DNA of 64,000 nucleotides from an uncultured Gammaproteobacteria bacterium (GTDB lineage: Bacteria > Patescibacteriota > Microgenomatia > Levybacterales > GWA1-39-11). The notes under the pieces are model-generated. The model made no database searches and was not told the DNA's origin. It saw nothing but the letters and a program-made list of their open reading frames with translations. This document shows positions 31,379 through 41,203 of the stretch, piece after piece; positions within the stretch are counted from its first letter, which is position 1, and each line of letters begins with the position of its first letter. The stretch is taken from the NCBI GenBank assembly GCA_964537315.1, contig CAZIAP010000001.1, forward strand, positions 23,975 to 87,974, given 5' to 3'. Both the position numbers and the translations under genes were made by a program.

Positions 31379-33904
31379 TTAATTAATTTGCTTAGTGAAA
31401 AGTGAAATTGGCTTATCAGCAATTTTGAGTGATTGATCTAATTGGTAGTCAGTTTGCAAACTTTGTACAATGATACGCATATAGTTTATCGAACCAAAGT
31501 ATGCTTCCATGTCATCTCTGAAAGCTGGATCTACACTATCTAAAAATGCCGATGATAAGGGTCCATATGATGGGTTAATTTCTTTATCACGTAAGTGGAA
31601 ATTAGAGGTGTATCTTTTAACTTTTCTGTCAAAAAAATCTACTGGCGCATAACCATCCCAATCTTGGTGCTCAGCACCAAGACCGTATTCATCATAGTAT
31701 CCGTATGCTTTATATTCAGGACGTGTGTATTTAAAGTTATCATCAATATGATTAATAAATGACCTACGTGCTAAGTCAACGTTATGAGAGAACTCTTCTC
31801 CGACATCAATGTTTCCCATTTTAGCAAACAGCTTAGCCTCTCCGAGCAGTCCGAGTGAGGTGGCTAGATAATGGTCACTGATGATTCCGTGATTATAAAA
31901 TTCAATATCACCGTTTGAGTCTAATATTACTGTACGAAGACCATCATCTTCTGTTGTGCCTAATGCAAAAGTAGCCTTTGCGTATTTATGAGCAGATGCT
32001 ATCCATTGTTCCCGATTAGGATGATTCGATAGCAAGCTTGCTGCTCCTATAAGCTGTGCTGCTATACCTGCGTTCGTTTCTCCAAAGCTGTTCTCACGAA
32101 TATTATCCTCAGAATTTCCTTTAGGTGGTTGCGAAGCGTAATTATCAGCCATTGCAGTAAGTCTGTTGAGTATTTCATCAACCATGTTAGGCTCTCGTTT
32201 CTGAAGCTCATTTCCATGGAGCTTCAATGCAAGGATAAATTCGAGCATGGGAAATACCTCAGTTGAGGTGTTATCAGGCAGAGAATTACCATTTAAGCTA
32301 ATTAATTCCTTGGAATACTGCCAGGACTTTTTTATAGTCTCATTAGCTTTATCAAACTCACTATTTACTCCGTAAATAATTCCTGCGTTGGTAAGATATG
32401 CGCCCATCCACCATCGCTTATCTTTTATCTCTTGCGTGTAATGTTCTGGAAGAGAGTTAACAAAATTTTGATTGAAAAAAAGTAGGTCTTTATTCTGTAG
32501 AACTTCTTTTAATACATTATTCATATGTTTATTACTTTCTGTAAGTAATAGATTCTCGTGGTTGTTATCTTGAGGCTCAGAATCGTATCTCCAAGTGTGA
32601 TATTGCTTACCAACGTTTCCTGCTTCTACCTGCCAGTCAGATGGGTTAGTAGGATCATAAGTTAGACATCTTCTCTCAAAAACCTGCATTAAGATTTTTT
32701 TAGGAGTCCCTCCAACATTTGCCTCTACCCAATACGGCTCAGTTATCGGTCTACCAATCTCTTTCAAAGGATCGTGATCACGATTATTTATATATTCTTC
32801 GAATGGACCAGCAATATTATGACCAGTAATTTCGTCATAGCTAGAAATAGAAACTTCGTGAGAAACATTTTCTACCTGTGATACTTCTCCTGCTCGGTTG
32901 ATATGCGAAGTAACCTTTGTTCCTTCATGAATTTTTTCTACAGGATCCAATTTGTTATGTAGTGATGCGTACGTGACCCCGTGTGAGTCATCAAGATCGC
33001 CGACTATGTTTATTTCTGCTGGTTTTCGATCTTCAAATTCATTATTTCCTGTTTGGATCTTTCCTTTTATCATTTCCAACGGAAGTAGTCCATTAGTGAC
33101 ATACCAATTACTGTCTGGGTTTCTATCGGGGTTATTGATTTCCATTCTGGACTTATCAAAGTAAACAACCTGCCGTTTACCATTTGGAGAGTCTGAATAT
33201 GGCTCCTCAATAATTTTAGTTAGAGCTTTAGGTCCCCATGTCCATGGTTTTCGTACTGAACCAGTAGCTATGGGTCCATCTGACAATTTCCAAACTCTAT
33301 CAAAGTAAAAGTTTCCCGTTGGTCCGTCTATTCCTTCAAGATTTCTGGTCAACTCGTCTGGTTTTACCATGTAAGTGGCACTTCCATGAGCTTCAGCAGT
33401 TTCAGGGAGAGAGCGCAGTGCAAGCGCTCCTGTTACACCTATAGCTCCTTGTAAAAATCTTCTACGAGACATGGTTGAAGAAAAATTGCTGGTTGAATCA
33501 GGTGATTCTGACTCAATTGATCCTAAAGTCTTTTCTTGTAAGTTATCAGTAGATGTGTTTTTTCTTACTTCCTCAAATTCTTCTAAGTAATGGATTCTTC
33601 GTCTAGAACTAGATAATACAGGGTCAGTACTCAATAATTTTTCAGGTTGTTCCGGAACTGACTGCTCTATGCTCTCTACCATGTCTTCAGGTGACAAGTT
33701 TGTTGAAAAATCATTGGTTGGAATACTAAAATCTTGAGTTTCTTCCTGTCCTCTCTGAGAATGACCGAGCATGTGCGCGATTTTGCCGAAAAGTGATTTT
33801 CTCTGCTCTTGAATCGGTTTTAATGAGGGTTCATGTGATTGATTTGCTTGCTCGGTACGTGAGGTATTATTAATTTCTGAATGATTTGGACTTTCATTTT
33901 CCAT
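31379..33904 (-). CDS. Hypothetical 841-aa protein with internal twin-arginine motif, Chloroflexi-type domain and helical C-terminal domain
   Basis: SRRRFLQG+hydrophobic+AEA at aa about 145; WTWGP, YFDKSRME, VTNGLL, QVFERR, VEAGNVG. Confidence 0.7.
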   Translation of the reverse strand: MENESPNHSEINNTSRTEQANQSHEPSLKPIQEQRKSLFGKIAHMLGHSQRGQEETQDFSIPTNDFSTNLSPEDMVESIEQSVPEQPEKLLSTDPVLSSSRRRIHYLEEFEEVRKNTSTDNLQEKTLGSIESESPDSTSNFSSTMSRRRFLQGAIGVTGALALRSLPETAEAHGSATYMVKPDELTRNLEGIDGPTGNFYFDRVWKLSDGPIATGSVRKPWTWGPKALTKIIEEPYSDSPNGKRQVVYFDKSRMEINNPDRNPDSNWYVTNGLLPLEMIKGKIQTGNNEFEDRKPAEINIVGDLDDSHGVTYASLHNKLDPVEKIHEGTKVTSHINRAGEVSQVENVSHEVSISSYDEITGHNIAGPFEEYINNRDHDPLKEIGRPITEPYWVEANVGGTPKKILMQVFERRCLTYDPTNPSDWQVEAGNVGKQYHTWRYDSEPQDNNHENLLLTESNKHMNNVLKEVLQNKDLLFFNQNFVNSLPEHYTQEIKDKRWWMGAYLTNAGIIYGVNSEFDKANETIKKSWQYSKELISLNGNSLPDNTSTEVFPMLEFILALKLHGNELQKREPNMVDEILNRLTAMADNYASQPPKGNSEDNIRENSFGETNAGIAAQLIGAASLLSNHPNREQWIASAHKYAKATFALGTTEDDGLRTVILDSNGDIEFYNHGIISDHYLATSLGLLGEAKLFAKMGNIDVGEEFSHNVDLARRSFINHIDDNFKYTRPEYKAYGYYDEYGLGAEHQDWDGYAPVDFFDRKVKRYTSNFHLRDKEINPSYGPLSSAFLDSVDPAFRDDMEAYFGSINYMRIIVQSLQTDYQLDQSLKIADKPISLFTKQIN

Positions 33905-33966
33905 ATGCTCTTATAATTTTTACTTGGTATACAGCGTACTTGTCAAATACCACTTAAAAATAGTGC

Positions 33967-34626
33967 TTATAGTGTCAGTTTTTTCAGTGCTTCCTTTGCC
34001 GCGCGTTTTTCAGCATCTTGTTTAGATTTCCCTACACCTTGTCCAAGTTCACGACCTCCGATAGATACTCGTACTGTATAAATGCGTGCATGATCAGGAC
34101 CTTCTTCTTTAATAATTTCATAGACTGGAGAGTCTTTATATTTTTCTTGTAATACTTCCTGTAAATGGCTTTTCGGATCTTTAAGCCCTTGCTCCTCAAT
34201 AATCGAGTCTATTCTGTTAAGAATAGTGTTTTGGATGAATTGTTCTGCAGCGCTTAATCCTTGATCTAGAAAAAGACCTCCTACTACTGCTTCATATGTA
34301 TTAGCAAGCAAGCTTTTATTAGTCCTTCCTCCGCTGGCTTCTTCTCCTCTAGATAATTTCAACTTTTCCCCAAGGCGTAAATCTTTGGCTACAAGATACA
34401 AAGTTTCTGTGTTAGTTAAAATTGATCTGAGATTTGTCAACTCACCTTCTTTAAGATCAGAGTATTTCAGATAAATATGAGATGATACAACAAATGAGAG
34501 AATGCTATCGCCTAAAAACTCCATTCTTTCATTGGACTCTGTTGCACCGTTAGACTCGTTAAGATAAGACCGGTGCGTAAATACTTGGAATTCAATATTT
34601 TTGTTTTTAAATTGGGGTATTGTCAT
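33967..34626 (-). CDS. rnc: Ribonuclease III
   Basis: NERMEFLGDS, dsRBD DPKS..GPDH..KQDAE. Confidence 0.96.
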   Translation of the reverse strand: MTIPQFKNKNIEFQVFTHRSYLNESNGATESNERMEFLGDSILSFVVSSHIYLKYSDLKEGELTNLRSILTNTETLYLVAKDLRLGEKLKLSRGEEASGGRTNKSLLANTYEAVVGGLFLDQGLSAAEQFIQNTILNRIDSIIEEQGLKDPKSHLQEVLQEKYKDSPVYEIIKEEGPDHARIYTVRVSIGGRELGQGVGKSKQDAEKRAAKEALKKLTL

Positions 34627-34646
34627 AATTCATAGATCCTAACTTT

Positions 34647-35015
34647 TTATTTATCCGATTCTTGTAGTTCTTTTAATAGTTTACCTAATGCTCCATTTAT
34701 AAATCCAGGAGAAGATTCTCCTCCGAACTCTTTTGCCAATTCAATCGCTTCATCAATGATAACTTTGGGAGGCTGAGTTTTTTCTATCATCAGCTCGTAT
34801 GCTCCAAGCCGTAAAATTGCCAGATCGATTTTATTTAGTTTAGGAATAGGAAACTCAGGTGCAATTTGTTCAATTTTTGCGTCAATGAGATGGAGATTGT
34901 TGAGAATATCAAGAGATTTTTTGTCAGTGATCTCCTGTTCAGAAAAAGTATGAGCAAAAAGGGACTGAATTATCTTCTGTCGATGAATATGACGAGGATC
35001 ACGTGATGTTTTCAT
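34647..35015 (-). CDS. nusB: Transcription antitermination factor NusB
   Basis: [31 protein letters not shown]. Confidence 0.93.
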   Translation of the reverse strand: MKTSRDPRHIHRQKIIQSLFAHTFSEQEITDKKSLDILNNLHLIDAKIEQIAPEFPIPKLNKIDLAILRLGAYELMIEKTQPPKVIIDEAIELAKEFGGESSPGFINGALGKLLKELQESDK

Positions 35016-35130
35016 GTGCTAATAGCTAAATTGTTTATCTCGCATAGCGAGTATAAATAGCTGCACGGTTAAATAGTATATTTTCAGTTCCTTGAAGCGA
35101 TATGACTATTAAACTATGTAACTATTTAGT

Positions 35131-35307
35131 CTATTTTTGGACAACTTGCTGTCCTTTATAAAATCCGCAGGTAGCACAAACAATATGTGGTGCATTTGCA
35201 GCTCCACAGTTTGAGCATCGTGCCACAGGAGTAAGTGAGAGTCGAATTGACTCCCGTCTTTTTCCTTTACGCGCAACTGAATGTCTTTTCTTTGGTTCGT
35301 GTGCCAT
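35131..35307 (-). CDS. rpmF: 50S ribosomal protein L32 (58 aa, not in ORF track)
   Basis: MAHEPKKRHSVARKGKRR...CSNCG..PHIVCATCGFYKG; Zn-ribbon type. Confidence 0.95.
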   Translation of the reverse strand: MAHEPKKRHSVARKGKRRESIRLSLTPVARCSNCGAANAPHIVCATCGFYKGQQVVQK

Positions 35308-35331
35308 ATATTTAGTTTTCTACAACCTTAA

Positions 35332-37380
35332 TTAATCTGGATTTACTTTATGTATTATAGTGGATTTAAGCCTTTCTTGCAATATAGGGTACTTTTCAAG
35401 CTGATCATATAATTTTCTTGCATCCTGTTGCGATAATCTGATTAGTGAACTATCACCAAAGTTAGCAACTTTAAGCATTCTCGATCCGTGCTGAACAGTC
35501 CCATACATATCTCCTGCTCCTCTTTGTCTGAGATCAATCTCAGCCAAAGCTGCGCCATTATGAGTTGTTTCCAGACTCTTTAATCTTGAAATCGTTTTCT
35601 GGCTTTCACTTTCTGTGAATAATAGGCAGTACGACTGTTTATCACTTCTTCCTACTCTTCCACGAAGCTGATGTAAGCTTGCAAGACCAAATCTCTCCGC
35701 AGCTTCAATGACTATTATAGTTGCATTTGGAATATCGATTCCCACCTCGACTACCGGGGTTGAAACTAGAATTTGTGTCTCTCCCGTTTGAAATTTATTG
35801 AGAGTTTCCTGTTTTTCATTAGCTTTCATTTTACCGTGTAACAAGCCAAGACTAAGTTCAGGAAATATTTTTTTCTGCAGATGCTCAAATTCTTTTACTG
35901 CTGCCCGTACACTTTGCATGCTCTCTGACTCTTCAATAAATGGACATACAATAAAGACTTGATTAAAGTTGCCTTGCTTGTCTTTCTCAAGCACTTGTTT
36001 TTTGATCCAAACATATGCGTTTTCTCTTTTATGGTTGGGCACAAGCCAAGTTTTTATTTGTATTCTGCCACTTGGCATTTCGTCTAGAACAGAAAGATCC
36101 AAGTCACCATACATGGTGAGGAACACAGTACGTGGTATCGGAGTCGCTGTCATACTTAGAAAATGAGGAGCTGTTCCTTTATCCCTAAGAACTCCTCTTT
36201 GATGTACCCCGAATCTGTGCTGTTCGTCCACGACTACAAATCCAAGATTTTCGAAGTTAACTTTTTTTTGAATGAGAGCATGAGTACCGACAAGAATGTC
36301 TGATTTTGTTTGATGATTGTTTTTATTCTTTGTAGCGCTAGTTAGTAAACTTATTTTAACTCCAAGTGGTTCAAGTATTCTCTTAATTGTTTCGTAATGC
36401 TGCGTAGCTAAAATCTCTGTTGGTGCCATAAGAGAAGACTGGAAACCGTTAAGAAATGCAACATACATTCCTATTGCTGCTACAATCGTTTTTCCTGACC
36501 CTACGTCACCTTGTAACATTCTGTTCATTGGAGTAGTTTTGGACAGGTCATTTAGAACTTCCTGAACTGCTCTATTCTGAGCACTTGTCAAACTAAACGG
36601 AAGACTTTTATATAATTTGTCAATTTGCTTTTTATACTTTTTAGCATCGAATGCTTGGGTTGTTTTTTGAACGGTCCACTCTTTTTTTCGGTGAATTGAA
36701 GTAAGTTGGAGCATAAATAGTTCGTCATATGCCAACCTCGAACGCGCTTTTTCTGCATCCTGAAGTGATAGAGGAAAATGAACTGTCCTAATAGCATCAG
36801 TCAGAGGAAGTAGATTGTTTGCTTGAATAAGTTCGTCAGGAAGATGTTCCTCAAATAATACATCCATGGTATTAAGTATTGTTTTTACTCTATTACGAAT
36901 CCATTTTGAACTAACACCTCGTGTTTCAGGATATATGGCAACCAGCGCTCCAGTGTGTATTGTCGGTGAACTCAAGTCAGGGATTACCTCATAATCCTTT
37001 ACTTGTATACTTGATTTAGAGCCAAATCGTTCTATACGTCCTGAGACACTAAGTATTTCTCCTATGTGTAGATTTCTGGTTACATACGGCTGGTTAAACC
37101 AGACACACTCAACTGTTCCCGTTTCATCTGCAAGCTCTACTTTTTGAATTTGAAATCTATTACGTGTATAAACATTTTGGATAGATGAAATAGTACCGAC
37201 TAAGGTAACTACTTCTCCGGTCGGTGCTTTGGCAATTGATGTTTTTAGCGTGTAGTCTTCGTACCGGGTTGGTAGATGCATCAATAAATCTTTGACTGTA
37301 TAGATAGACAGCTTCTCGACTTTTTTTGCATAGACTGAAAATGCTCGTCCTGCTGCGGTTAGTGGTGTATCAAGTGTCAT
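35332..37380 (-). CDS. recG: ATP-dependent DNA helicase RecG
   Basis: LQGDVGSGKT, DEQHRFGV, MTATPIPRT, QLRGRVGR. Confidence 0.96.
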   Translation of the reverse strand: MTLDTPLTAAGRAFSVYAKKVEKLSIYTVKDLLMHLPTRYEDYTLKTSIAKAPTGEVVTLVGTISSIQNVYTRNRFQIQKVELADETGTVECVWFNQPYVTRNLHIGEILSVSGRIERFGSKSSIQVKDYEVIPDLSSPTIHTGALVAIYPETRGVSSKWIRNRVKTILNTMDVLFEEHLPDELIQANNLLPLTDAIRTVHFPLSLQDAEKARSRLAYDELFMLQLTSIHRKKEWTVQKTTQAFDAKKYKKQIDKLYKSLPFSLTSAQNRAVQEVLNDLSKTTPMNRMLQGDVGSGKTIVAAIGMYVAFLNGFQSSLMAPTEILATQHYETIKRILEPLGVKISLLTSATKNKNNHQTKSDILVGTHALIQKKVNFENLGFVVVDEQHRFGVHQRGVLRDKGTAPHFLSMTATPIPRTVFLTMYGDLDLSVLDEMPSGRIQIKTWLVPNHKRENAYVWIKKQVLEKDKQGNFNQVFIVCPFIEESESMQSVRAAVKEFEHLQKKIFPELSLGLLHGKMKANEKQETLNKFQTGETQILVSTPVVEVGIDIPNATIIVIEAAERFGLASLHQLRGRVGRSDKQSYCLLFTESESQKTISRLKSLETTHNGAALAEIDLRQRGAGDMYGTVQHGSRMLKVANFGDSSLIRLSQQDARKLYDQLEKYPILQERLKSTIIHKVNPD

Positions 37381-37400
37381 AACAAAGTTATGTGCGGATA

Positions 37401-37502
37401 TTAAACCAGAATAAAAGGTAGAATTGCTCCTACAATCATCACGATCGCGGTAAGAATTATAATAATTTTTAGTATCCAGTTTTTCCTTCTTAAAATATCC
37501 AT
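37401..37502 (-). CDS. Small single-TM protein (33 aa)
   Basis: MDILRRKNWILKIIIILTAIVMIVGAILPFILV; fills gap, co-oriented with recG. Confidence 0.45.
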   Translation of the reverse strand: MDILRRKNWILKIIIILTAIVMIVGAILPFILV

Positions 37503-37577
37503 AATCTTTATTGTCTAGTTGGCTGATCGAAATATAATTATAAAATAACTATACGCTAGATGCCAGCAACTATACTC

Positions 37578-38756
37578 TTATATAACCTCTATTCTAACAA
37601 ATGTGCGTTTGCCGATCTGCAATACTCCTGCTCGTACAATTTCATGCACACTCGTAACAGGACGTGTATCAAAGGTTACTCCACCCTGCTCAATAAGACG
37701 TTTTCCTTCTGATTTTGAAGCAACTAAATTATTCTCTACTAAAAAATCAAGCACCGTTCTTTGTTCTCCTGATGTTAGGGTAATTGTATTTATTTCCTGC
37801 GGTACATTTTTTTGTTGTACAACTGTTACAAACTGATCTTGAGCATAAGCAGCCTCTTGCTCGCTATGAAGTTCAGAAACAATAATTTTTGCTAACTCTT
37901 TTTTAATTTCAATTGGATTCTCACCACTTTCAAGTCGTCTTTTAACTGTTTCAATTTCTGACAAAGAAACATTAGTTCCTAATGTGTAATAATCAATGAT
38001 TAAATCATCGTTAATAGACATAACTTTACCAAACATATCAACAGGTTGGTCTTCTAACCATATAGCATTTCCCCATGTTTTACTCATTTTACGTCCGTCA
38101 GTGCCCATTAAGAATTCATTTGTCATAACAAAAGACTCTTTTTTCCGTAAATTTTTTTGTAGAGTTCTTCCTGCTTGCATGTTAAAGGTTTGATCTGTAC
38201 CTCCGATTTGCAAATCCGTATCCAGATGATAACTGTCATAACCCTGCATAACCGGATACAAAGCTTCGTGAAGTCCGACTTTTTTTCCTTCGCTAAGGCG
38301 TTTTTTTATCAGCTCTCTTCCAGCAAAGTCACCAAATGAAAAATGTTGGGTGAGTTTAATAATTTCAGTAAATGTTAGTTTAGATAGCCACTCACTGTTG
38401 TAACGAACAGATACTTTTGAGAAATCTAGTACTTTTTCTGCCTGTTTTTTATAAGTCGCGAAGTTTGCTTCGATTTCTTCACTTGTCAGTACAGGTCGCT
38501 CACTTTCCTTATCAGATGTATCACCGATGAGGGCGGTAAAATCACCTATTAAAAATGTAACATCGTGTCCCATTTCAGCGAGTTTTTGTAACTGACGCAG
38601 TGGAAAGGCGTGACCAAGATGGATATGGGTTGAGGTTGGATCAATACCAAGATAAACGTTAATTTTTTTATCTGATTCAAGAAGTTCTTTTAGTTTGTCT
38701 TTGTCAGGGATGATGTTTGCCACACCGCGTGAAAGCAATTCTTCTATCTGATTCAT
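37578..38756 (-). CDS. tyrS: Tyrosine--tRNA ligase
   Basis: GIDPT..HLGH, GGTDQ, KMSKT, C-terminal S4 domain. Confidence 0.96.
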   Translation of the reverse strand: MNQIEELLSRGVANIIPDKDKLKELLESDKKINVYLGIDPTSTHIHLGHAFPLRQLQKLAEMGHDVTFLIGDFTALIGDTSDKESERPVLTSEEIEANFATYKKQAEKVLDFSKVSVRYNSEWLSKLTFTEIIKLTQHFSFGDFAGRELIKKRLSEGKKVGLHEALYPVMQGYDSYHLDTDLQIGGTDQTFNMQAGRTLQKNLRKKESFVMTNEFLMGTDGRKMSKTWGNAIWLEDQPVDMFGKVMSINDDLIIDYYTLGTNVSLSEIETVKRRLESGENPIEIKKELAKIIVSELHSEQEAAYAQDQFVTVVQQKNVPQEINTITLTSGEQRTVLDFLVENNLVASKSEGKRLIEQGGVTFDTRPVTSVHEIVRAGVLQIGKRTFVRIEVI

Positions 38757-38847
38757 ATGGTTATTATATTCTAATTGGTCAATTGCGTAAAGCTGCATAT
38801 TCCTCGTGTCTTTTACCTTTTATGATTTTTGTTATAATGAATGCTCT

Positions 38848-41196
38848 ATGCGGTATTTCTCTGCTCCGACTCCGCGGTCTCGCCGCCTCAGAAGACGTTC
38901 AAGCCTGAAACGTATTGTTCTGTTATCAAAGTTTACCAAGATTGCTTTTATTGCAATGATTGTAGGTATAGTTCTATTTTTTGGATATTTCCTCTGGATT
39001 TCTCGAAGCCTTCCTACTCCTGGAGAGTTGGCAAACCCTGACATAAAAGACTCGACAAAAATTGTTGATCAAAATAATGTTGCGCTGTATTCAATATACA
39101 AAGACTATAATCGCACCTATGTTAATCTGTCGGATATACCAAAAGAACTACAAGAAGCAACCATTGCTACAGAAGATCAGGATTTTTATGAAAACTCAGG
39201 GTTTTCTTGGAGGGGATATGCTCGTGTAGTAAAAGACCTTATATTAAAGCAGCGACTCACCGGAGGATCAACTATCACGCAGCAGTTAGTAAAAAATGTG
39301 TTACTTACATCTGACCGCAATGTGACAAGAAAAATGAAAGAGTTAATATTAGCGGTACAGGTTGATAAGCGATTCTCCAAAGATGAAATACTCGAGATGT
39401 ACCTCAATAATGTTCCATACGGAGGTACGGCTGTAGGGATAGAAGCTGCGGCAAATCAGTACTTTGGTAAAAAAGCAAAAGATCTTAATCTAGCTGAGTC
39501 TGCATTTCTTGCAGGACTACCTCAATCTCCGACCTATTACTCTCCTTATACCGGAAACAAAGCATATATTGACCGTTCAAAACAGGTGCTTAGAAGAATG
39601 GTTGAAGAAGGATATATCTCTGAGAACGAGTCAGAAAAAACGCTTGCTGCAATCGGAAAATTTAAATTTGCACAGGAAGGCGGCAGTTTTAAAGCTCCCC
39701 ACTTCGTGATGTATGTCAGGCAGCAGTTAAATGAGTTATTTGGTGAAAATGCAGTTATTAATGGTAACTTAACCGTAAAGACTACTTTAGATTACAAGAT
39801 TCAACAGCATGCGGAAAAAACTATCAAAGAAGAGATAGCTGAACTTAAAAATTATAAAGTGAGTAACGGATCGGTAGTAGTACTTGATCCTAAGACTGGT
39901 GCGATACTCTCTATGGTGGGTTCTGCTGATTATTTTGATCAGGAAAACGACGGAAATTTCAATACAGCTATTGCGCCACGACAGCCAGGATCTAGCTTGA
40001 AGCCTCTAATTTATGGAGTTGCACTTGAGAAAGGATACACACCATCTACTCTTCTCATGGATGTTCCTACAGAGTTCCCTGGTGCAACAGAGGCAACTCC
40101 TTATAAGCCAGTAAACTATGACGGGAAGTATCGTGGCCCAGTACAGATGCGTTTTGCTCTCGGAAATTCATTAAACGTACCGGCAGTAAAAATGCTTGCC
40201 ATGGTAGGTCTTGAGCCGGTAATGAAAAAAGCTTATGACGCAGGTATTGAAAACTGGAAGCCAACTGAAGAGGCGATGAGAAACGTTGGGTTATCATTGG
40301 TATTAGGAGGACGTGAAGCAACTCTGTTGGAGATTACTTCACTCTACTCTGCATTTGCAGATAAAGGAATGCATCATGAGCCTTTTGCGATATTGGAAGT
40401 TAAAGATGCCAAAGGAAAAGTAATATATAAACATAACCAAGATAAAGGTAGGAGACTGTTTACAGAAGAAGCTTCATTTTTGATATCTCACATGCTGCTT
40501 GATAACAATGCCAGAAGTATGGTTTTTGGTACTAGGTCATTACTAAACGTTCCTGGTAAGACGGTCGCGGTCAAAACAGGAACCACAGATGAGAAAAGGG
40601 ATAACTGGATAGTAGGTTACACACCATCATATGTTGTTGGTGTTTGGGTGGGAAACAACGATAACTCCCCAATGAATCAGGCTATAGCTTCAGGTGTTAC
40701 AGGTGCAACTCCAATCTGGAATAATGTGATATCAGAGATTCTAAAAGACAAAAAGGATGAGCAATTTGAAGTGCCTAATAATGTAACAGCAATGGAAATC
40801 GACTCGTTAGGAGGAGGTTTACCGGTAGAGGGTCAGGCAAAGCGTACAGAATACTTTGCAAAGGGAACGGAACCAACTACCAAGAGTCCGATCTATAAAG
40901 AAGTAAAAATTTCCAAAGCAGATAGCAATAGACTTGCTAATGAGGAAGAAATAGAACGTGGTGATTATGATGTGAAAGAGTTTGTTGTGTTTGAAGAGAA
41001 AGACCCAGTTTCCAGTGATGGAAAAAACCGTTGGCAAGAAGGAATTGCATCCTGGATTGCAGGAAATTATAAAGATAACCCCCTTTATAATCCGCCTACT
41101 CAAAGCTCAGATAAAAAGTATGATGAAAAAACTGCAAAACGAAATGAAGATAATGATGACAATGACGATGGCATAGCCGGAGTTGCTAAAGAATAA
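38848..41196 (+). CDS. Class A penicillin-binding protein (PBP1A family)
   Basis: EDQDFY, GGSTITQQLVKN, SSLK, SLN, KTG. Confidence 0.93.
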   Translation: MRYFSAPTPRSRRLRRRSSLKRIVLLSKFTKIAFIAMIVGIVLFFGYFLWISRSLPTPGELANPDIKDSTKIVDQNNVALYSIYKDYNRTYVNLSDIPKELQEATIATEDQDFYENSGFSWRGYARVVKDLILKQRLTGGSTITQQLVKNVLLTSDRNVTRKMKELILAVQVDKRFSKDEILEMYLNNVPYGGTAVGIEAAANQYFGKKAKDLNLAESAFLAGLPQSPTYYSPYTGNKAYIDRSKQVLRRMVEEGYISENESEKTLAAIGKFKFAQEGGSFKAPHFVMYVRQQLNELFGENAVINGNLTVKTTLDYKIQQHAEKTIKEEIAELKNYKVSNGSVVVLDPKTGAILSMVGSADYFDQENDGNFNTAIAPRQPGSSLKPLIYGVALEKGYTPSTLLMDVPTEFPGATEATPYKPVNYDGKYRGPVQMRFALGNSLNVPAVKMLAMVGLEPVMKKAYDAGIENWKPTEEAMRNVGLSLVLGGREATLLEITSLYSAFADKGMHHEPFAILEVKDAKGKVIYKHNQDKGRRLFTEEASFLISHMLLDNNARSMVFGTRSLLNVPGKTVAVKTGTTDEKRDNWIVGYTPSYVVGVWVGNNDNSPMNQAIASGVTGATPIWNNVISEILKDKKDEQFEVPNNVTAMEIDSLGGGLPVEGQAKRTEYFAKGTEPTTKSPIYKEVKISKADSNRLANEEEIERGDYDVKEFVVFEEKDPVSSDGKNRWQEGIASWIAGNYKDNPLYNPPTQSSDKKYDEKTAKRNEDNDDNDDGIAGVAKE

Positions 41197-41203
41197 CTAA
41201 TTG

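Noticed and set aside
38757-38847. T-box leaders for tyrS (and thrS at 47931-48013)
   Set aside because: Gaps too short, no T-box consensus; -10 boxes lie close to the start codons
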